In this document: piece after piece, positions 55,001 through 64,000 of the stretch
Position numbering within the stretch: the stretch's first letter is position 1
Layout: each line of letters begins with the position of its first letter
DNA from: Azolla caroliniana
Taxonomy: Eukaryota; Plantae; Polypodiophyta
Direction: 5' to 3'
Length of the DNA stretch: 64,000 nt
Assembly: GCA_043228905.1 (NCBI GenBank)
Contig: JBHGNT010000011.1
Location: 18,662,001-18,726,000 of the forward strand
Position numbers and translations under genes: made by a program
Notes under the pieces: model-generated
The model's input: the letters and a program-made list of their open reading frames with translations, nothing else
Told to the model about the DNA's origin: nothing
The model's database searches: none

Positions 55001-55104
55001 CCAGTTGTGAAGGCCTCCAACAGGTAGTGGACGAAGAAGGGAGGGCACGCGTGGGAAAGGTCCACCAGGGGATGCAAGACGATCGACAGGCTCGTCGATT
55101 CCAT
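49013..55104 (-). CDS. Mut-7/EXD3/Nibbler-like (At1g56310-like) DEDDy 3'-5' exonuclease with a C-terminal dsRNA-binding domain; exons 55104-55002, 54822-54129, 53967-53883, 53732-53645, 53565-53378, 51999-51867, 51774-51632, 51137-51063, 50989-50882, 50807-50715, 50297-50048, tentative last exon 49170-49013
   Basis: The N-terminus LHPLVDLSHACPPFFVHYLLEAF..PPPGPATFVVKCL..EGLSHLLISAL..LVNKGLWDVAE resembles At1g56310. Nuclease motifs: ExoI VGIDCEWK, VSILQVAS, ExoII GYAIHNDFERL, GGLSGLAK, RMSDWECRPLSKKQ, ExoIII LHYAALDA. dsRBD: FMKAELFQFTQAAKLPAPVYS...YLGTVKVAGTTFSG..FSSKKDAEFSAAQVALTKL. All junctions are GT-AG and in phase. Confidence 0.88.
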
Positions 55105-58100
55105 AGCTGCTGCTGCTACTGCTACTGCTGCTATTCTGTCATGATCTGCAATCTATATATAACATATAAATGAGGGAATTCTCTGCATGATAATTAATCA
55201 GAGATTCAGAAGAAGAAGAAGAAGAAGAAGAGTACATCTGTATATACATACAATATACTATAGACAGAAGACTCTAGTTTCCTTGGGGTAGAGAAAGTGG
55301 CTTCAATGTTCTTGTCTTCTACTACTACCAATGGAAGGTTTACCTTCCCCGGCAAAATATGTTCGAAGCGCGAGTGGAGCTATTTTCATCCGCCTTGCCC
55401 TCCTGATGGATCACGATAAAAGATATTAACATGGAACCAACGATTTATTGACATCGATTTCATGAACATAATATATATATATGTGTATGTATGTATAGTC
55501 TGATTAGTTTTTTTGATGTTTGATTCTTGTTTCGATTGATATATTCCCGGGTGCATTTAGTTGTGCCCATCACCTTTCCACATGCCCCTTTCTTGCGTTA
55601 TTCCCATGCACATGAGAATGTGCTTTAGTCATGTGGTGATGTGTAAAGGATAACCGCTTCAACATTCTTGTCGGTTTGATATCTTTCATTGTAGTGATAT
55701 GCCCGATTCATACTACCGAATGGGTGGGGTTCTCGAATGATAATAAACAATATTTGTGTATTATCCAAGTCTCTCTTCCGTAAGCACACATGCATCTATA
55801 TAGTTTTTTCGTGAACAAATGGAATGAATATTTAGATTTTCTTTACAAGCATGAAAATCAAGTCTTTGAACTTCACACTATGAACCCCCGAGCCCGAACT
55901 CAACCACTAAATGTATTCTCAAGATTTGAAGTCCATAATTCATGTAAATGCATATTTGTGGGTGTGGGTATGTGCCATGTGTATGTATTTATGTGATGTA
56001 TCAACAACTATAATACATAAATTACTAGCCACAAACATTATTGTACATGGAAATGATTGACAATATATGCACCACGGACCATGAAATTGGGTTAAGAGAA
56101 ATGGCAAGGTTTTAGTCATTTATTGGTAGTGCAGCGTGCTCCCATTCTAGATATTTATGTCATTCTTATTATCTACAACCTACATTTATGTTTATCCTTT
56201 CTTTAGACAAACTTTTTATATGAGACCATCCTTCAAACTAACTCGTACCTATGTGTGGTTTATGCATATCAAATTGTTTGTGCCCATGAACCTATCAAAT
56301 TGATTTGTGTGTAGGTGCACGTGTGTCTATGTGTATGCCAACACGTTTTACTTGTCTTGGGTCTATCATTTGTGTTGCAAATGATACATTCCATGTGAAA
56401 TAATGTCGTTCCTCCTAAGTTGTTATTTTCTTGCACCAACTCCGTCAACCTTTTCATAAATATGTCTCTACCCTTTATTCATACATATGATGATGTAAAT
56501 CACTAATACATGGATGATTGGACCATCCAACCCCAAGGTACACATCCATTAATCTCCCTATTCTCGAGTTCCTACCCTTTCTCAAATAACTATGATTTCC
56601 TCCCCGCCCCATTGTTGTCTCAAAAGTTAAAATAATAATTTCACCTTGACGTACAAGTCTAGGAAGTGTCTTTTAAAACGGTAACAAATTATTACATTTA
56701 GAGCTCTATGTGTGTGGGTGGCTTTGTGAGAACTATGATGACCAATTAAGAGGGGTAATGACTTGATAGTTACACTAAAAAGAGCACTAGAAGATTGAGC
56801 ACATATATATATATATATATATATATGTCTTATTCGCTCATCGAGTCCCTATGATTCGAAGCATATTATGAACCATGCGTGCATTCGCCGCCAAGAATGT
56901 TTCAATCATCCGAGTATGGTAAACACAATGGGAGTATGGTAAATACCATACTTTTGTATTCATTATTTATTATAAGGTAATTGATTTTTTAAGGTGAGAA
57001 AATTAAGGTAAAAAGTGTAAAAAAATAACATAAAAATGTTTTGATAACATATGCATTCGAGTATATTATGTACTATGCTTCGAAGTACTCATCTCCAAAG
57101 AAAAACTTTATCTTTACCTCTCTTTCTTTGTCTTTGTTTCTTAGAAGCAATAAAGATAGCTCATTATGCATTTTGAGAACATATACAATGCGCTACAAAC
57201 AAGGAAACAAACAAGGCGAGCTAGACAAGCAAATGAGCGAGATGAGAGAACGGAAAGAAGAAGAAAGCGCGATAAAGAGAACTATGAGATTGGATAGAAT
57301 CCAATACGCTGAATAATTGGTGTTGAACTCCTCGAGGAGAACCATGGTGGGAAACCCCTAGTTAAACAACCAAGAATGCAAAAATGTAGGCCATGAATAT
57401 GTGCCACCTTGCACCTCTCTAATGGAATACATGCATATAAGTCACCTTTTGACCACTCCTTCAACATTAGACTTACAATATAATAGATCGACAAACATAA
57501 ACTACTAGATGTTCATGTCTATCATCATGTTGATTGTGACACGATGGTGAAGAAATTAAAAATATTAGGTTCTCGATTAAATACTTTCCCACACTTTAAT
57601 GACATGGGTGCTTCTCAATGGGATCATGGAAGTATAGAGCGATAACATCCTTTAGTTTGCTTGGAAATAGTATCAAAAGGTCCAAAAACGATTTATTACA
57701 AAGTTTCTTCTGGTCAATAAACAAATGTCATACATAGTTGTACTTGAGAGGGGATCACTTCTCGTTGAGACCATGGCCATGGAAAGGGTTGTTGAATACA
57801 TGCTCAAGGTTCATAAGTCCCTCAATTTTTTGTGTTCTAGTTGGGTGCAAAATTTTTTTAAATGGTCTAGATGATTAAATGCATCATTCATTGTTTTATG
57901 ATACATCAATAGAGTCCTTTATGAACAATGCAACTTACATTTCATGCACTATACCACATATGTTATATGAATATCTAATGACAAAACCACGTTTTTTGTC
58001 AAGCGAGAAAACCAACACATGCTAACACATTTTAGAGTTCATGTTGTTGCGTCACCCAAACTGTTGATTCTATACGACTCAATTTACACGTGCTTCAATG

Positions 58101-59020
58101 TGAAACGAGATGTCAGGGCAAAAGTGATGAGACAATTTGACTACACACATTTTTCCTAAACAAGGTTGAGAATATGAGTATCACACTCTAACCATGCAAC
58201 TATGCTTTCCACGTATCTTCAACCCACCATAATCCCTACACAAGTTTCTCTCGCTGTGAAGATGTGCACTCCCAATTGCAACATTTATTAGTGAAGTTAT
58301 TGAACATTGAGAATCGCTAATCACTTTCACTTGTATTGCTTTAAAACTTTTTATTTTTTGTCTCATATATCATATTTGTCATTCGAAGATGATAAGAAAA
58401 TCTACCTATCCCTCTCCGTTATATTGAATTTTGTTTTTATTCTAGATGCAACATATAAAAAAATGGTTATGAAAAATTGAATGCATCACATTTACTTCAT
58501 GATACATCAACAATTTCCTTTATGGATGGTTTTTTTTTGTAGTGCCAACATATCATGTGTTGGGAAAGATCTAGAGGCTCGTGTTTATATTATATCACAT
58601 GTATCTTAGAAATTAATGTCATCTTCAAATAGGGAAACCACACCCATCAATGTATCTTAGAACCCAATCCTTGCATCATCGCCACAAATATGACTTAACA
58701 CACATTATCTTTTATGCATTACGACAAGAATGAGGAGACTTCTCAACTTTGCATATTCTACTCGAACTAGTTTGGGAATCACCATATCCCACTTTACATC
58801 ACATCACATTCAATCTTTGTCTAGTTCCCTTTGCATGCATTGTCAATCTAATCACATTCCTCTTAAAATCACAATGTGCACTGCAAACATTGAGAATCAC
58901 TACTCAATTATACGCATACTCTTAGAGATTGTGCATAATCGTAGAGGGTCTTTGGATAATATAAAAGGTAATACGCAACAAGTGGATCTTAAAGTGATTG
59001 GAGTTTCATGCCACATGGGA

Positions 59021-59564
59021 TAGAGGTAGCAATGGGCACAGTTCGGTTTCAAGGCAAAGAAACCAAAACCTAGCCATTTATATAAAACAAAAACCAAACC
59101 AAACCGTTTATAAACCCTCAAATATTTAAACCAAACCATTTAAGAAAAAGAAAACCAAACCATTTTAATCCAAACCGTTTAGGGAAAAGTTCAAACCAAA
59201 CCAAACCATTTAAGTTAAATTAATTAAACATCTGAATAAAAATACAATAAATTAAATAAGCATTTAAGTTAAATTTATTAAATCAATAAAAGAAATTTTA
59301 ATTGAACCATTAAATCAAATATAAACATTTAAGTTAAATGAATGAAATAAAATAAAACCATTAAATTAATAAATCATTAAGGTAAAAAAAATGTTAACCA
59401 AAAACCTATAAACCCGAGTTTTAGAACCGAACCGAACCAAAACCAATCCGTTTTTCGGGAATCCAAACCAAACCAAATCATTAAATTTTTTTGGAAGCAA
59501 TAAACCGTTAAACCATGTGTTAATGGTTCGGTTTAGTTTGAGCCAAAAACCGTGCCCATTGTTA
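59021..59564. mobile_element. Non-autonomous hAT-like MITE
   Basis: The left end TAGAGGTAGCAATGGGCACAGTT pairs with the reverse-complemented right end TAACAATGGGCACGGTT. It has AAACCG/AAACCA subterminal repeats and an AT-rich core. Confidence 0.7.
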
Positions 59565-59729
59565 GAGAGACATATATATTTTATAGGGTGAAGTGGTTCT
59601 ACTCTACACTGAAGTATTTATATAAGCTGACTATTAGAATTAGAAAGAAGGGGCTCATTATTAGAAGGTACATCTTGTATGTACGTATGTCCTTAGGGTG
59701 TTTTCAAAAACACATGGCTCCGTAAGGTT

Positions 59730-60605
59730 TGTTGGGACCCTTTGCAATGGACATGGCGTGATTTGTACGCGGGGCAAGGATGCAAACCCATCCCTTTCTT
59801 CCAATTCACGAGAGTCGATTGTTGCAAAGGTTTGACACACATATCAAGTTCCTCACACAATTATCACCATGTTTTGGCAGAAAACTTGGAAACAACAACA
59901 CGTGAGGCGAATTACCACGTTCCAATGGCTATTAATACATAAGTTACTGTCGGTGGGAGCATGGTAACGTGGGAACCTTAACTCTCCTAATTGTGTAGAG
60001 TGGCCAAATGTAATAGAATCAATACAACACGCTCTGTGGGACTGCCCAACGTCCCATTGAATATGGCGGGGGGTTGGCCGCTTGTTGCAATTATGACAAG
60101 TGCAAGGCTCAATCAAGTGGGGTAATATATGTTGGCTATCTTGGTAGACCCCAGTTGGTAGATACGAGCATCAGGAGGAGGGATGACTTTGGTGATAAAA
60201 GCACAAGAGGTTTTTTTCTCCACCAATGGCAATGTCCACTCAACTCCTCTTAATGACAAATTTCAAGTTGTATTGGAATTGGTCAACCCAAAAACTCTCT
60301 GAATTCTATGGAAACAACGGTGTAGATGGGTCTTCTCCAACCAAACCGCGCATCCAACAATGTTACTGCAAGAGATATGGAGTGAAATTGTAGCCACTCT
60401 AAAGAGCCAATATGATGGCCTCAATGGTGGCTCTAATGGAGTTGAAAGACAACGAATAGTCTTAATCCAACAATGGTCGTGAGTCAGTGGGCATCCACAT
60501 AAGTTGGAACTATCGCGTCGCTAGAGGGATTTGTACATAATGATCTCATTTGTAAAATTTTATAACTAACGGAATGAGTTGTTTTTGGAAAAAATAAATA
60601 AATAC
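59730..60605 (+). mobile_element. 5'-truncated, degenerate L1-type LINE (zf-RVT and 3' end)
   Basis: FWQKTWKQQHVRRITTFQWLLIHKLLSVGAW*...IESIQHALWDCP..IWRGVGRLL...ILWKQRCRWVF..LLQEIWSEIVATLKSQY is homologous to the C-terminus of the neighbouring LINE. An A-rich tail lies near 60589. Confidence 0.8.
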
Positions 60606-61010
60606 TAATGTAGTATTATCTTCTTTTGAAAAATAAAATAAAATAATACACATATGTCATACTCTATAAAAATGATTCATTTATGGTTCCGTATGCCATA
60701 TTTGATATCTGAAGATGAAAATAAAATCTATTTGATCTCCCTAGTGAACAACCATGGTTAGTTCTCCCATGCCAAATATATTTACGTGTGTAATAGCAAA
60801 GTTAAGTGCATGAGTTGAAAAAGATGGTAGAAGGGTTCACAAACCAATTGGTTTTCCAAAACACCATTAAGTCACCTTGATACTCTTCAAGTTAATGAAG
60901 GAATTGCATTTGAAAGGTAAAGTATTATATTTTTTCCTTGGAATACTTTAGAAAGCGTTTGAAGATGAATGGAAAAACTCAAAATATAAAGTGAATTGAT
61001 GTTTGTTATG

Positions 61011-64000
61011 TTTTTTTTTTTTTCAAAGTAAAGCTACTTTCCCATTAGTTAGGAAGGATTATTACATAGAGTCTATAAGGAGATTTATACACACATCGGG
61101 GAGACTTCCTCCGATCAAGCCAAAGAAGATGAGCCACTTACATTGCCTTGCGGCCTAACTTAATGTAAGAAGCTACCTATATCCAAGGCGATGCCCTTCA
61201 ATGTTGCCTAGTACGAGTCGGCTCTTGGGGCCTACACCGAAGAGAGGGTGGCAGGTGAGTAGGAAACAACCAACGTGGGGGCTGGTAGTTCCACCTCGGG
61301 CCACTCCCGCCTTGCATCACCATAGGTGTGTTCCGCCATTTCTGCCAAAAGCGCAAACGGGCAGTGGTCACGTCGTTGGAGTGGCTGCAAACCTCTTACA
61401 GTTGCCCTCGTAGGCAGCTGATAAGCGCGAACCATATGTCCATGATCACTTCCTCCGGGGGCCGTACCGTACCTTGGAAGACCTTGAGGCAACGCGCTTT
61501 CCATATATACCACAAGGTGAAACCTGCGATCAACATCCAGATTTCCGGAAACCTAGGGGATGCGGGCTGCAAGCCTCTTTCAAAACGGATCTTGACGATT
61601 TTGCCTCTCGTGCATACATAGCACCAACTATCCGCATTGACGGCGTCCGTCCACCCTTCGATTGAGTGATCAATCCATGCCGCAGCGCTCCACGAGGCTG
61701 TTCCTTCAACTTCACATGCCACAAGGAGGCGAGTCACTCTATCCCATACCTTTTGAGCTTGAGGGCAATCCCACAAACAATGTCTCAGAGACTCAATAGG
61801 TAGAGAGCACAGTGGGCAGCCTAACGGGCCGCCACGTTTATCTAACCATTCGCCAACGGGCACCACATTATGACCGATCTGCCACCAAAAGAGCTTAATC
61901 TTTTCAGGCATGTGGAGACGCCAAAGACCCTTCCAAAAGGCAATGAGCGCCTCATCGGGGATGCCCAATGTTTGCCAGCCGTTGCGAAGGGGGCCGCCTC
62001 GCTGCAGCTGCAAAGTCCGACCCAATTTAGTGGTGTAATCAAAGAAGTGGTGGAGTCTATCGTCATGTTTCCATCTGAAATCCCCGGGGTCCCAATCCAG
62101 ATCGACAAGGGGGCGACAACCGTATACCCTTAACCTCCAATGGGGTTCCACCTTAGCAACATCCGGGTCTGTCTTCCAGATGTTATCAATCTGTGCCACC
62201 ACTCGGATTGGGTGCCAAGAGCCGCTACTCTGGCTGTCCCCAAAAACTGTATCACTCCCCGATCCGCTCATGCCCTTTAGCGACTTGACCATTCCAGCCT
62301 CGTCAAAGAGACCGAACCATGCATGTTCTCTCGCCTCCCCCATCGGAACCCTGTCAACTGCCTCGGCTATCAGTCTCCGCATTTTCGTAGCTCCCTTGAG
62401 GGGAGGGAAAAGGTCCTCTTGGGCTCTTCCTGAATCAGCCATGCGTCTCCAATCGTCTATAGATAGGAGGTCTGTTTGTGCCAACTTTCCCCATGCTAGG
62501 CCCTTAAGTTGCCCTAGCATCGCGTTGTCATTCGTTCGCACATGAGGATTCCAGAATAGTGGCTGTCTAGTCCATTCGGTCAATGTCTTTGGGGTGTGCT
62601 TGACCAAATGTTGTCGTATATGGCACCATGCCCGCAAGATGGAGTTTGTGACCCTATCCTCCGGATGGCAAGCCAGCCTGGGTTGGACTCCGCTCGTGCA
62701 GCACCAATTCAAGGAGTCGGGCCAAGGCCTACCATACTTGGGAGTCCCTACTTGTAGCCTGTTGCGAAGAAGTACCTTCCAACACCCCTTACCTGGTAGG
62801 AGGCAGCGAACCACCATTTTAGCCAGCAATGCACGATTCTGCATTAAGGGGTCTATGAGGCCAAGCCCCCCTTTGGCCCGCGGTTGCGTTAACCAACACC
62901 ATGAGACTCTGGCGGCAGCCCTTGGGTTGTCCTTACCTGACCATATAAACCCCCTAATGGCAGCCTTAATCGCGTGCAAACCTGCAGGGTCCATAATCCA
63001 GCATGAGACTGAGTGTCACATGGTAGCGAGCAGCACTTGGTTCGCCACAAGGACCCTACCAGCGAAGGACAATTTAGATCTACTCCACTGGTTCAGCTTC
63101 TTACTTATTTTGGCTTGTACGTGGGCCAATTGCGCTCCCTTGGGGATTGACCTCCCCATCGTAAATCCAAGGTACTTGAAAGTCGTCCCACTAGGGACCC
63201 ACGTAAAATCGGCATGGGGTTGCTATCTTGGTGTCTCCTGTTCGCTGAACCATAGACCTTGGGTTTTATTCCAATTGATCTTGGCACCAGCCGCCTGACA
63301 AAAGTCCTCGACAAGATGTTCAGCCCGCTGTAAATTCTCCTCATCACCTTGCAAGAAAAGAACCGTATCGTCGGCATATTCAGATAACAACAAATCTTCA
63401 GTCGCATTGGGGATGGGCAATCCCCGCAACCCGCTAGTTGGTGCTTGTAAGTAGGCAGAGGAAGCCTCGGTTATAAAGAGATAGAGATATGGGGCTAGGG
63501 GACAGCCTTGCCTCACTGAGCGTTGTAGTTGGAAGGCGGGTCCCCTAGATCCAGCCATCAGCACGCTACTCGTAGCTGTCCGATAGAGTGCAGAAGTGCA
63601 ATTCCTCCATTTTTGAGGTAGGCCCAAAGCTCTCATCACATTTTCCAAAAAGGGCCATAACACCCTATCGTAGGCCTTCTCGAAGTCTAGCATCAGAATA
63701 GCCGAGCTCGATACGGAGCGACCGACCAATGCCATAGCTTCCCAAAGAAGCAACACATTATCAAAGATACACCTGTTCTTGACAAACCCAGTTTGATTGT
63801 CGTGTATGATGTCCGGTAAGAAGCTTGCTAATCGCTGAGCTAGGACTTTAGCGAGTATCTTGTATGCCGTGTTAAGGATCGTGATTGGACGCCATTGGCG
63901 CAACTCTAGGCTTCGCTCTTGGGATTTGGGGATGAGATATATCATCCCCTCAGCCAGACCAATCGACATCTTTCCTGAGGACCAAATCTCTTGGAACCCG
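61011..64000 (-). mobile_element. L1/Tx1-type LINE ORF2 (RT + zf-RVT), continuing beyond the window end; inactivated by nonsense codons
   Basis: RT motifs WRPITILNTAYKILAK, QTGF, LDFEKAYDRV, VRQGCPLAP, YADD and FKYLG, plus zf-RVT CPLC..ESLRHCLWDC. The poly(A) tail appears as a T-run at 61011-61023. Confidence 0.95.

Noticed and set aside
62594-63298. 234-aa plus-strand ORF
   Set aside because: It is the antisense shadow of LINE ORF2.

Overview
Eukaryotic land-plant nuclear DNA, probably a fern. This is inferred from the MIKC*-type MADS gene, the (ATACAT)n and (AG)n tracts and the LINE types, and is not proven. Seven protein-coding genes can be reconstructed by hand from splice sites and reading phase: (1) the 3' end of NRPC1 (RNA polymerase III largest subunit), with a GC-AG intron holding a decayed Copia element; (2) an intronless ASIL/SIP1-clade trihelix transcription factor; (3) a P-clade-like MIKC* MADS-box gene with micro-exons; (4) a two-exon KS-dehydrin-like gene (minus strand) with an ABRE/DRE-rich promoter; (5) a DUF4408/DUF761 gene; (6) a SAP-domain C3H62-like gene ending in an in-frame KH domain; (7) a convergent Mut-7/Nibbler/At1g56310-like DEDDy 3'-5' exonuclease followed by an in-frame dsRNA-binding domain. 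The two RNA-binding fusions (exonuclease+dsRBD and SAP+KH), lying tail-to-tail, are the most interesting features. The rest is decayed transposon sequence, MITE-like elements, microsatellites and short tandem duplications. The window ends in two tail-to-tail L1-type LINEs. All family assignments come from remembered motifs; no searches were run.
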